NCBI RefSeq assembly: GCF_000981445.1
Contig: NC_027217.1
Location: 186,001 to 250,000, forward strand
DNA length: 64,000 nucleotides
Source of the DNA: Babesia bigemina
Lineage: Eukaryota
Direction: 5' to 3'
Below the pieces are notes generated by a model that saw nothing but the letters and a program-made list of their open reading frames with translations, was not told the origin of the DNA and made no database searches. Shown here piece by piece: positions 10,601-21,141 of the stretch. A program made the translations under genes and the position numbers. Every line of letters begins with the position of its first letter. Position 1 is the first letter of the stretch.

Positions 10601-12054
10601 ATCTCCGTGGTGAGCTCGTTCTCTCCCGTTATCTGCAGATTCAGAAGCTCAATCTCCTTGTTGACTGCGACCAGCCTTTTCTGCAGAACGTCCTTGTTCA
10701 CGATTCTCGTTTGTCCTAAAGTGTTCTGCGAGGCATTCTTTTCGGCGAAGGTGCGCAGCTCGGTCATCACCTTGAAGTAGACCTTGCTGATTGCATTATC
10801 ATCGCTCAGGGGTAGCATTCCAACACTGCTCTGCTTGATTGGTTTTACCACGTTCATTATGTTAATTGCTTTGGCCTTCACGATCTTTAACTTCGCTTTG
10901 CGGAAGACGCGGGAGGTTTCGGAGGTGAGGCCCTTCAGCTTCTGCTCCATGGCGGTCTTCTCCTCCTTGGCTGCCTTGTACTCATCGGCAGTGGAGTTCA
11001 GCCTGGTCCTCGTGGCCTTGAGGCCTCGTTCCAGGTTGGCCAGCTTTATGCGGTACAGCCTCTGCTTGACCAAGTTCGCGTACAGAGTGGCGTCCTTCAT
11101 CTTGCTGAGCGTGTCGCTGATGACCTTGAGCTGTGCGATTTTGACGGTGGTAGCGTTTAGATCATCGAGCAGCATCTGTGTTTTGGAGCGCAGCACCGTG
11201 ATCTCCTTCGACTTTTCCGTTATTTCGTCCAGGTCGTTGCACAGCGACGGCTCGATGGCGTTGAGGGTGGCCCTGAACAGCTGCTGCGGCGTCATTGCCG
11301 CGAACTTGCCGACTTTTGCCTGTGCGAGGAAGGTGATGAGGTTGTTCACCTGTATGTTCAGCCTTTTCTGGAGCTGCTTCACCATTTCCAGCGTCGCCGG
11401 CTTGCCGTTGATCGCCCAGTCGTTCTTGATCGAAACTTTGGCGGCGTCACTTTTCTTGCGGGGGCGTTTAGCCTTCTCAGCGGCAGCCGCGGCTTTCATT
11501 TCCGCTTCAGCCTTTTTCTTCGCTGCCTTCATCCTGGCGGCCCTCCGCTTTTTGGCCTCCTGCCGATCCTTCCTCTCAGTTGCCTCGCCTTCGTAATCAT
11601 CGTCTTCCACAGCCTTGGGTGTCCGAGGCCTCTTTACTGATTTTAGCGGGTCATCTTCATCCTCCTCCTCTTGTTGACCATATTCTTCGGCCAACTCCTC
11701 TTCATCGCTATCAGGCTGCGTAGGCTGGGGTGTATTTGATGACGAAGCGATGGTCATTGTACGGTCTACCAGCGTGATTCCGCCCTTAGCCTTGCTGTCG
11801 ATTAGACCGATGCGCAGCTTAGCCTGGTTGAATCCACGCTTGATGAACGAGTGGATGTTGTCGCCCCTGGCTAAGACGCTGGGATCGAAGCCGAGTCCGA
11901 TTGCGATAGCGCACACTATTGCGCTCTTTCCACATCCGTTGGCTGCAGCTATGATGTTCACACCGGGCATCGCCTTCAGTCGAACTGGCCCGGTGTATGC
12001 CATCCAGTTTTCCATGGTTATGGAATCGATGGCTCCGTCCCTGAACTGCTTCAT
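7603..12054 (-). CDS. SMC5: Structural maintenance of chromosomes protein 5
   Basis: N-terminal Walker A ANGCGKSAIVCAIAIGLG, LNIQVNNLITFLAQ, coiled coils, and C-terminal QSGGERGVSTMVY...FFVIDEINQGLD with QYFVLTP, all SMC5-type. Confidence 0.92.
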   Translation of the reverse strand: MKQFRDGAIDSITMENWMAYTGPVRLKAMPGVNIIAAANGCGKSAIVCAIAIGLGFDPSVLARGDNIHSFIKRGFNQAKLRIGLIDSKAKGGITLVDRTMTIASSSNTPQPTQPDSDEEELAEEYGQQEEEDEDDPLKSVKRPRTPKAVEDDDYEGEATERKDRQEAKKRRAARMKAAKKKAEAEMKAAAAAEKAKRPRKKSDAAKVSIKNDWAINGKPATLEMVKQLQKRLNIQVNNLITFLAQAKVGKFAAMTPQQLFRATLNAIEPSLCNDLDEITEKSKEITVLRSKTQMLLDDLNATTVKIAQLKVISDTLSKMKDATLYANLVKQRLYRIKLANLERGLKATRTRLNSTADEYKAAKEEKTAMEQKLKGLTSETSRVFRKAKLKIVKAKAINIMNVVKPIKQSSVGMLPLSDDNAISKVYFKVMTELRTFAEKNASQNTLGQTRIVNKDVLQKRLVAVNKEIELLNLQITGENELTTEIADCRMNEETLKSTLRRLQGAAVRRYGDIQVENLLKNLNAIKRDGYRQFIRWRREQIREQEQANLGRSNPTAADKAQLVKSESDGGAQNANERGNQQSQGDNANATGGDGSNSENGADKRDKRTAKLPKLLISDMKVHGRVNCCIVEEAASRYLDCLMISKDSALTVTTVLSKFKVPSVTAPDRTPVLCKVTDKMRSFGVKHFLHELVECSDMDTKYTLASVANLGTSFVVDENVLLARLEKEINPDASESPVSGAFSKDDGTPTPRATSPVNADETTSGRRSRSASETLTQEGNGTDSVNEDGADPATAPADSQCRTASVQEGTPSASANVCGTTESPGKAEENGGENSNNASAGETPERGLAKAPVRRLITRATKYSRFRSAETPRSQDENSQSPNQPLKSRSQTMPDNTCISPSSDAKGAKTDGVTKQESVTPTDDNHQKTEVVDNMAPAHIATDNPHHDRQAKEEQFFRRFYDCMVKEIGKQVGQHVRILRYYVGTKRHIYRSFKDADDVYSDYAVEIPTAPTMLHDCNKVTETTSAQGVEAVERELKDVAERIRVLGGMLYGRKQDNKAAAGRVYALSRERHSLEKTLQGIDGNFGSGTSKDKRKEEIDKMEKAQREELKEAIAARTDAIQKWIEKTKLRRITLQEAQDLYTQYKTLNRRKMRLEDLFKISSTTYEEVKTEFKRLEGTLAEQESKHKQYVKDINELNILIKAISGEIVSANARAEQSEQAREREALKIRQQKASKLDNMTEADLERELQIAELNVKQLERDDCEETQNARDMRDSIIHEEKLSTEIAQAEANAKELNDEKDRLYDTWIRRVRALVARIDANFGKYMQQIGEGAGGQIRLEAKLDEIKDAQIKILVKFHGDRDMLPLAASYQSGGERGVSTMVYILAVQHLTSNAFFVIDEINQGLDSNYETRIMTLLLHTHISNNEPGLGENGSQTDEPVEALAVKPPPQYFVLTPQLISGIDLRNATLHFPLNGPGVINGLVL

Positions 12055-12685
12055 GGCGGTTTTTCTCGAAGTACTGCGGCTAACGATGCTTAATCATGCC
12101 TGTGCATCACTGCGAGAGCTTCCATCACGTATTGTATCGGCCGGAATTCGCGCAAAGAGCCAACGTCGGCCCACAGCGCGCCGGTCGTCAGTCGTTCCCC
12201 GACCTCGCCCGGGGAAGCCGAGCTAGCCGTGGAAGGCCGATTGAAACTGCCGAAAGTGCAGTTTTAGCACCGATTGCGCTCTGCACAACGTTATAGGTGT
12301 ACTAGTAGGCCGGCAATCCGTTGCGTTACCGGGTGGTGTGCAGCCCATGAAGAAAGCCATGTGCGGTCTACGCATATTTATGCCGCAACAAACTCACAGC
12401 ATGTAAATCGAGCATTATTATTACTGGGTGTTGGAAAGAATATGTGCATAGCACTTTGGCATTCGTTTAGCGGTAACTTCGACTCCGTCGAACTCGGATT
12501 GCACTGTAGCTGTCTGAGGTGTGTCAAAGGTCCCATTGGTCAACCATGGAGCATTCATATGGACTATAGTGAACATTTAGCCTGCAAAAGGCGTGTTATT
12601 TGCGATTTGGTTGCCCTGCCATCACGGCAGCAACCAATTAACGTCAACTGCTGCCCACTGAATGATACAGACGAGGAGGAGGTGC

Positions 12686-14012
12686 TCACTTCTTCTCGTC
12701 CTTCACCTGCTGCATGATCTCTTTTATGTTTATGAGATCGGCAACGGCGGTCACGGGCCTCTCCTTTCCGTTGACGATCATGTGGGTTTTGTTTTTGTCG
12801 TCGACGTAAACCTCCATGTTGACGAGTGCCTGAGTGGGCATTGAGGCACGGATGCACAGTAGCGTACCTTATTGGGGTCCTCTTTAACGGCGTGTTTCAT
12901 AATGGTGTTGTCGTCCGCCTTTTCCTTATCTTTTTTCTTCTTGCCGTCCTTTTTGCTCGGCTCTTCTTTCTTCTCATGCCTCGTGTTGGTCATGACGCCC
13001 CTGATACCCTGGTTTTTGCAGAACCACGCTTCCGTCAGCGCTGCTCAACGTTTAAAATGTCACAAATCGCCGTTTCGTACCATTCATCCACGTGTGGCAG
13101 GACATCTCGGATCCGGCGCAGAGGGCCTGCTCGGCTCCTCGGTAGGTGAAGGAGAAGCAGCTCGGGGCGCTCTCCACAGGCCTTGTCGGCAGCTCGACAT
13201 CCACCAAGTAGAATGTCAGCTGAGGCTCCTTCTCGTGGTAGAGCACCAGGGCGTTTCCGTTCAGCTTGGCCATGAGCGGCACCTTGTCCTTGTGCTCGAC
13301 GTCGTCGCTCCGGGCGGAGTAAAACAACGGCCCAATTTTCAGCATGTTGCATTCTGTATTTAGTGCAGTGGGCCACATCGCATATCGGCACCTACCTACT
13401 CCGACCACTCGAGACCGGTCGGTTGAGGAGCGGATGTTGCTGAGCTCCTCTTTGGCCTGCGCAGCCTGATGTTGCATGAGCTCCGCCTGCTTATGCAACA
13501 TCGCTACTCTCGCGAGGTTGGCTTCGAGCTGGGTCGTTAGCTTCAGCTCCTGGTCTGCGTGGTCCCCTGGCTCTCCCCTGAGTTTGACCAGTTCCGCATG
13601 GATGCCTTCGGCGTAAGACCGCAGTATGTTGGCTGCGCGCTTCTTCTGTATGGCTTTCAGGGTCATGTCATTTGCCCGCTCTGTTTGCGATGATTCGTAC
13701 TCCGCAAGCCTATCCTGCTCGTCCAGCCACGTGGGCTCTGCCTTGCTTTCGTCTTCCTCGGCCACGGGCGCCGGCAGTTTGTCCTTGAGCTTCGCCTCCT
13801 GTGTTTGCAGGAAGCTCAGGATGGCGCTCGAGAACTCCCCCTGCAGAAGTGATGAATTCAACAACCGCGATACGCATATACACACTCAATTGCGCAAATT
13901 GGCGACGGCAACGATCACCCAAGGTAATGTATATGTTGCTTACCTTGGCTGCGCGGGGTATGAACTGCAACAGCAGCCAAAACGCGGCGACTGCTCCCGC
14001 TGCGATACGCAT
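12686..14012 (-). CDS. Signal peptide + coiled coil + PH-like domain protein (apicomplexan secreted PH-domain family), multi-exon
   Basis: MRIAAGAVAAFWLLLQF signal peptide splices to GEFSSAILSFLQ. PH-like end CFSFTY...LCAGSEMSCHTWMNALTEAWFCK. The last exon ends ...QVKDEKK TGA. Confidence 0.7.
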
Positions 14013-14376
14013 TGTGCTTGTTCGTGAGTACCCAGCGGATTACCGCTGGGACTGTGCCGTTGTGCGATTACCAGAGCTGACTTCGCATCACAGCTCCAGG
14101 GTGTAGCATGAGTATGTCTAAAGGTGTGTCACGCGCTCCATAATATATTCATCACACACGGCCAACGAGAACTGCAATTATACTTAATGGTTTTCGTAGG
14201 GAAGGTATGTATCGTGCGTTCCGCCCGCCAGATCTAAGCGGTTGGTTAACGACATCGTACACACCTCCCCATGGTGATGTCGTTTGCGATACACACTCAT
14301 AATGGCGGATGTGTTCGTTGCAAATTGACGTGCCAATGTCTGACAGCAGTTTCGTAAGCAGCTGAGTTGCAGCACA

Positions 14377-15623
14377 ATGCGTAACTTGGCCTCCGTGGCG
14401 TTTGACGCGGCACTGCTGCTCGCGTTGGCCGCCTCCTGTTTGGGTCGGCTTCCGCCCGGAGTCCTTGCTATAAACCGCCCCAACGCCAGCGCTACGCTTG
14501 GTAAGTGGCGTATTCACCGCTGTCACGTAGATGTGTAGGCTCGGAGGCTGCCACGCCGAAGAACACCGAAGTCGAGCATGTTGAGGAAGCTGAAATAGGT
14601 ATGTTTTCGTCTGCACATCTGGTTGGCATGGCGTGCATACATTGCCATATGGCATATGAACACTGTATACACAGCTGTTGAGTATATTGTCACGTCATTT
14701 GCAGGACAATCGCAAGGCGTCCACAACCTGGACGACGAGATTAGGAACCACGAGATGCTCGACTTGGGTCGGCAAGACGACTTCTTCCTGCCGAAAAACG
14801 GGGGCGGATGCGATGTGTTATTGGTGGGTGGAATCGTTATAACTCTGACGTTGTGCAGGACGATGTGATATACGTGGCCCTCGAGCCGCGGGACATACTA
14901 AAGACACAGCAATTCGTAGGCAGCATCACTCCCTCAGAATTGCGTTTGTACATCCCTGGTATGCGAATTTTGATTCTGTAGTTTACGGTTCGCAGATCGC
15001 AAAAAAGTCAACGGCGAAGCCAAGAAATTGGGTAAGCTGTTTGCGCGCTTCTCGCTCGGGGCGATTGTTACCCCGCTGGAGACCCTGCGATCATCACGCG
15101 ACTGTGAGTTAAGGTTACACCGCCTCGAAATGCCGCAGGCTTTCGCATGTTTTACAAGTCAGACCCGATCCTTTTCTGCGCTCGTGACACCGGCCATAGA
15201 GAGTGGGTTTTGCAGCCTTGCTTGGCGCTCATTTCCGTTCAGCTTCTGGATGCACGCCTTGCTGAAGGCCAAGTTCTGCCACACAGCTCACACCGTACTG
15301 GGCAAGGGTTCCGCTCCTGATGTAGCTGCGGGGCCCGCGGAGCTGCCCGATCTCTCGACCAAGGCGCAGCGGTTGTACGATCTGCTGCACCCTAAGAGCT
15401 CCACAGAAGATGCGGCTATAGCCGCCCACAGGGACAGCAAGATTACCAACATTGACATCACCAACATCAACTCCGGGGAGCCGCAGGTACGTCGCGCGCA
15501 GCTGTTCGTAACGCCTTGCAGATATACCTGAACGGGGAGGAGGTGAAATCGGAGGAACCGACGAAGGAGCAAGAGGCTTTGCTGAAGGAGCAGAGCGAAC
15601 GATCGCAGAACGACGGGCTCTAA
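14377..15623 (+). CDS. Second signal peptide + PH-like domain protein, paralogue of the divergent neighbour, multi-exon
   Basis: MRNLASVAFDAALLLALAASCLG signal peptide. Spliced exons give CFRMFYKSDPILFCARDTGHRDFWMHALLKAKFCH and a terminal exon IYLNGEE...NDGL TAA. Confidence 0.65.
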
Positions 15624-15668
15624 CCTAGTCACATCGCAAAACACCGCCGTGTCAAGCTAACCGTCGGC

Positions 15669-15929
15669 ATGGCGCTTCGGCTGGACCCCGACCTGCCGCA
15701 CCGCCACGCATCAAACTCATGTGATGCGCTGCAGAATGACATGGTTGAGTGCTACAAGGCTTCGCGGTGCTGCCGTGAGCTGAATCGCCCGTTCGACGAG
15801 TGCCTTCGCAACCGGCGGCCCGACGAGGTCGGACAGGAGTGTCTCCTGCTCAAGCGTGCGCTTGCGCAGTGCCGCAGAAACGTGTTGAACGGCAAGTTCC
15901 GGGTCACAGGGAACCCCTACTCTACGTGA
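15669..15929 (+). CDS. PET191: Cytochrome c oxidase assembly factor PET191/COA5-like
   Basis: 86 aa with the Pet191 Cys spacing (SC-x9-C..SRCC..ECL...EC-x9-CRR) and a C-terminal FRVTGNPY. Confidence 0.8.
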   Translation: MALRLDPDLPHRHASNSCDALQNDMVECYKASRCCRELNRPFDECLRNRRPDEVGQECLLLKRALAQCRRNVLNGKFRVTGNPYST

Positions 15930-16105
15930 ATGTTGTGCTATAGATGGCCAGCGTAGGCCACATAATGCTGCATGCCAGGTCGACCAGTGGTCAACTGCGA
16001 CCATGTCATATCGCGCATCTGTCAATGAAGGCGTCTTGAGAAACCAGGCTAAATTATACTTTAAGTTTAGATTATCCATAAGGTTTGTCTGCATTGTGTT
16101 CTACC

Positions 16106-18036
16106 TCATTCCTTCTTTTTCTTCGCCTTTTTCGCCTTCTTCCCCTCCTTCAGGCCGAAGGCCTGCAGCCTGTCGCGATTTACGTTGTACTTGGTCATTC
16201 GGAGATCCGGGCCGTCGTTGGCGTCTGTGGTCTTGCTCATCTTTTCCAGCTTGCGTTTGGCGATCTTCATCTCCTTTTCTGGCAGCTCCGCGTCATACGC
16301 AAGGAGCTTGCTCAGCGGCATGATGGCGTTCAGTTCCTTGTCGCTTTTTTCGAGGATGGTCTGCAGGTCGCACTTGAATGGCTGCACCTTCCGGTATTTG
16401 AACCTGACCTTCATGTCACCAATGACGTCTTCGTAGTCGAGGTTGTAGTATTCGTCTTCTAGTTCGGCTAAGGCTTTCGTGGCATCCTTGGGCGGAGCGC
16501 AGCTGGGTGGCACCACCTTCGCGACCATCCGCGAGTGCTCGTGGTTTGCAAGTGGGACGCAGGCCTCGCAGAGGGAGTAGTTGTCGCACTCCGTGCAGTC
16601 GAAATGCTTCGCTCCCACAGGTATGCCTTTGTTGCAGTGGTCACACAGCCACCACAGCTCGTCGTCCTCGTCTGCGCAGTCTTGCGCCGGGTTCCAGTCG
16701 TCGTCGTCCTTTTTGTCGTAGCCTTTTCCCAGGATCTTCTTCATATCCTTCTCGTGCTGCACGGGGTCGAATGGGGCGTTGAGGTCCACGATGTCTTCCT
16801 CCAGCTTCACGCCAGCTTTGGCCTCTATTTCCTTTATGCGTTCTGCGATTTCGGCCTTTTTGAGATTCTTAAGCCGCTTAAGCTCCTCCTCCCTACGTAT
16901 CTTCTCCTCAAGTTTCTTCTGCTTCTTTTCCTGCCTCTTCTGCTTTCTGCGCTCGTCCACCTTGCGCACGGAATCCTCGATGTTGCGCGGATGCCCCTCG
17001 ATGGTTGCGCCGCCTTCTTCCTCGAATCTGCGACATCAGTTAGGTACGTTATGCCGGGGTGAGATGTTTAGCATTGTTGTATGGCGGAGATATAAGTGCG
17101 AAATATGCATGAAACCCGTAGCGGGTTAGGACGGTCAATTGTACAAACACTAACCTGTAGTTGTACTTGTATTCGAATTCCTCAGCTTTATCCAAATGCT
17201 TTTCATCCTCCTTGTCGATTTTCAGGCGTTTCAAGTAATCGTAGTTCTCCTTTTTGTCCTCCCGCCACCGCTGGTTGAGGATGTAGTCCTTGAGGAACTC
17301 TTCCTCCTCGTTCATTGGCTGCTCAGCCGCCCAGTACTGGGATATTAGCCCCTCAGCATCCGCCCCCAAGTTTCTCGCGGCGCCCTTCCTGTTGTTAAAC
17401 CGCGGCTCAGGCAGCACGTCCGTGGCGCTGCTTTTCTTGAAGAAGTCGGCATCCGTGTCTAGCTCATTGGCGACAGACAGGAATGCCTTCTTCAGGTCAT
17501 CCTGCTCCTCCTGATACGTCTTTGTATGTTGCACATCTGGTGGTTCTTCCTCTTCATCATCTTCATTTTCGAAGCCCTCCGCCCCTTCCTTGAGCAGGGT
17601 TTCCCGTACCATGTCCTTGTACGTGAGACCCTTGGCCTGCGAGTGGCTTAGTACGAAATCGCGTGGTCATACCTTTTTAGACGCCTCACCCTCGTCATTG
17701 CCCTCATCCTCGAAGTCTGAATCGGAGAAGTACTTCACCTCTGGGGCGTATATTTCCGGGTTCTTGTTCTTAATTTTGACGAGTGTCTCGAAAATCTTTT
17801 GCTCAACCTTGTTCGTCAGCAGCACGGCATCCTCATCTTCCTCGGACGATTCCTCCGAGGATGACTCATCGTCATAATCTGCGCACATGTAAGAATCCAG
17901 CCAAAAGACACCGACCTGGCTGCGACGTTACGGGTTCGTTGACCGTGACCGTTTGGTCCTCTTGATCGGGAGTGTCATTAGTGGCCGTATCCGAGCCCTT
18001 TTTGGACTTTTTGGAAGCCTTCTTGGCTTTCGCCAT
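16106..18036 (-). CDS. KRI1: KRI1 homologue (40S biogenesis) with an inserted ZZ-type zinc finger, multi-exon
   Basis: KRI1 motifs IKNKNPEIY, YKDMVRETLL, EEEFLKDYILNQRW, AEEFEYKYNYRFEE, EELKRLKNLKK and EYYNLDYEDVIGDMKVRFKYRKV. Confidence 0.88.
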
Positions 18037-18372
18037 CTTGCGGCTGCTGTACGGCAAATACGAGTCGGCCTAACGCCGTTCGCGGTATCGGCGGCGACGT
18101 CAACGGTTATGTGCGATATTTTGGCGCTCGTGCGCCGTATATATAGGTGTGTATGTGACAACCTCCCGATTCCAAATGGTGTGTAGATTTAAGTCGGCAG
18201 GTGTAACTTCCCCGGCTTAGTGGTGCCATGAGGCGTCGCTAAACGCGTTTCCTTGGCCGCCGGACGGACCACATACAGCCGAACGGTAGTGAGCCATGTG
18301 TATCACATATATGTCCTGATACGTGGCGGTGTTGCTTTTCGGAAGGGCGCGCAGTAGCCTCGATTGCCATTG

Positions 18373-21024
18373 ATGGCTATGTGGCATCCTTCCACCAGCA
18401 GGGGCCATGGCTTGTATGTGGTTCAGCTTTTTAACGATTTGACCTTCGCGCACAGGCGCGGTGTGCGGTTGGCGAGTGTCCTCTGCGGCAGAAGATTTGC
18501 CTTCAACATCCGATCGCCTGTACCTTCGCAGTCTGTGTCTGGGACGCTCAATAGGGTCATTAGCCGACGCAAAGATGTATTTACAAGCTCTGTGCATTGC
18601 GATGTGGATGTCTGTGCGTCAGAGAACTTGCCACGCCACCTGCAAGTGCTGATAAAGACAACATCCGCTGGCCCTGCGTCCCAATACAGGCAAGAATGTC
18701 GGAGATTCTCCAGCACCGCAACAAAAGAATACGCGGCCGCAGGAGCGGCAGATGATCTGGGGTATGGAAATGGTGGTCAAAATGGCGCGGGAAATGTAAC
18801 AAAAGAATCTCCGTCAACCGTCAATGCAGAGGGTACAACAGCGGCTGCGATTGGAAGCCCAGCTGCACCTGAACAATCTGCACCGGAGAGTTGCAGGGGT
18901 AAAACTGCACAACATGTAGATGACACGCAATCAGGAGTGTCTTCGATGGTTAACAAGTCCGGCGCTGCCCCTAAAACTCGCAAAGCGTCGGCAAAATCCA
19001 GTGCAGTTGACGCTGCACCATCTTCCGGTAAACGTGCTAAAAGTAAGGCCACAAAACAGGCTGCAACAGCTGATGCCGAATTGAAATGCGAGTCTGCTGT
19101 CGACAATGGGGCGATTGAGCCATCTGTAGCAGAAGCTCAGGCACTTGCTTTGGATGCGGCGTTCGAGTTGAGCGACGGCGAGTCATTGGACTGGAACAAC
19201 AAGCAGCTTTGCAAGGTGTCACATCGCAACTTTCTCTTGTACGCCTACAACCAACTTGACATGGCGACGGTTGTGAAGATAACCAACCAGGTCCTAGCGG
19301 CGTACCAAACCCTGCCCCGCCGTCGCAAGGCCTCACAGCGGCGTCAGTACGTGCAGCGATTTCTGCGATGCATTCGCAAGCACAAGCCGCTGGAGGACCA
19401 CCGGCAGCTGGCTCGGTGGCTGCTGCGGTGCATCGACTTGCTGACGTGCGATGATCTTTATTCGATGTTGCGGGTTCGCCACATCCTGAACTACGACAAC
19501 TCGTTTGAGACATTTCGGGCCTCATTCGGCATGGAGAACTTCGAGTCGTTTTCCAACGTGCGCACGAGCAAGGTGCAGCAGGACAAGCTCATCGGAGAAA
19601 AGGCGCTGAAGAGCCGCACTGCGCAGCGCAACCTTTTGATGCGCCACCTGAAGATCAACAAGTTCCGGTTTCTGAAGGATCAGAACGTAACGGTTGGTTT
19701 TTTGTTTGATGTATATCAATGACATTATCAGAAAGCGGTCTATGAGGCCAACATCGACTGGGTTGATGCTGGGGTGTCCGCTGCGTCATTAGAGCCTGAA
19801 CGGTTCGCATTCGTTTACAACCTGCCGTTCATCGAACACGGGGAGCTCACTGCAGCGCTGCATGAGGTGTTGACACGTTTCTCAAAGGTGCGGCGCATCG
19901 ATATCTTCTCAGATAGGCTTCCGCCCCTGACTACGCTTGTAAAACGTTCTGCGGTTGCTCGTAACTCCGCGCCTCCGCCTCGTGACAAGTATTCGCCGCT
20001 ATACGCATTAGTGGGTAGGTGAAACACGGAAGTGCGCTGTGTATGCGATATCAGAGTTCGATAGCAAGGCTGACCGCGACTACATCTGCGACGAACACAT
20101 TCGTGTGTTCGGTTTGCTCTGTTGTGGTCGCGTGGTGTACCCAGAGTTTGCGGAACGGAAGCACAGTCTGTTGACTGCCATCTGTCCCCCATTCAGGCGC
20201 ATGGCAGACGCTCTGCAATTCATCGCAAACGCGCTGGTAGAGCAGCCGGTTCCCGCCAGTGCCGACCCCGCTTCAACGGAGCACCTCGTTAAACAACCAT
20301 CTACGGAACCTACTTCCGCGGAGGGATTGGGGGCCATGATTGGGTCGACTGTGGTGATGGGCGATGACACAGTTACAGGGGCGACCGTGGGTGCGAGAGG
20401 CGGTACTGAGGGTATTGAGGCGGAACACGAAGCTGGTTCCTCATCTGCCAACGCGGCTGCTGCTACCACGGTTCCGAGTCAATGCCGCATAACACCGTCC
20501 TCGAAGAGGAAGCACGGAGCATCAGGGCAATCTCCGGTGGTGACAGCCGATGCGCATGGAGCTGTCGCCGCCGGCGAGTGGCCTGCATGCTCTCAACCAG
20601 CTCTTGACAATCACGTGGACTCCTCCATGCTGGAGAAGCTGCAGAACAAGTCGGCTACCAGTGATAGGTGTGTTTTGTATGTGCATATGTATGCTTTCAT
20701 CGGTGTTTCAGCATGGATCCTCAATGGGTGGTGCTGCGTTTCTCTGACTTCAAGCACGCCTACTTCGCACGCCTGCGCCTGCTCCAGAAATTCGCCGACG
20801 AACCGCGCAGCCTCGTGTCGTTTGACACGAAGCGGTCCATTTTCCACAACGGTTGGTTAACGGCGGCGTTAAAGTGTTGTCATTTCCGCGCAGGGAAGTA
20901 CCTCGATCTGCCGCTGTTCCAGTACAGCCCCCGCACCGAAAATGATCCTTCCGTTGCGCGAATATCGCAAGGTGTAGTAGAGGATAACGTCGGCCTGGGT
21001 GCCGTCGGCGTGGAAGTTTCTTAG
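18373..21024 (+). CDS. Hypothetical multi-exon protein with an RRM-like segment, possibly mitochondrial
   Basis: Long ORFs 18364-19722, 19774-20022, 20039-20860 and 20668-21024 can be linked by short GT-AG introns. FAFVYNLP (RNP2-like) and YALVEF (RNP1-like) are present, with an Arg-rich N-terminus. Start is uncertain. Confidence 0.5.
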
Positions 21025-21141
21025 AGTGGTAGTCGTGTCTGGCGCCGGGGTACGCGCGCCAACCGGATCAGACGCCCCCGGCGCCCGGTTAATCACTTGA
21101 TAATACACCAATAAAATAACTGACTAATCGTACCTTATCCT

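Noticed and set aside
11928..11951. SMC5 Walker A starting with Ala (AANGCGKS) as an inactive ATPase
   Set aside because: [AG]xxxxGK[ST] allows Ala, and the signature and Walker B motifs are intact.
2033..12054. RecQ next to SMC5, with SprT and RING genes on the other side of the island, as a DNA-repair cluster serving antigen recombination
   Set aside because: These proteins are functionally linked in yeast, but adjacency in a compact eukaryotic genome is easily chance and nothing in the sequence shows co-regulation.
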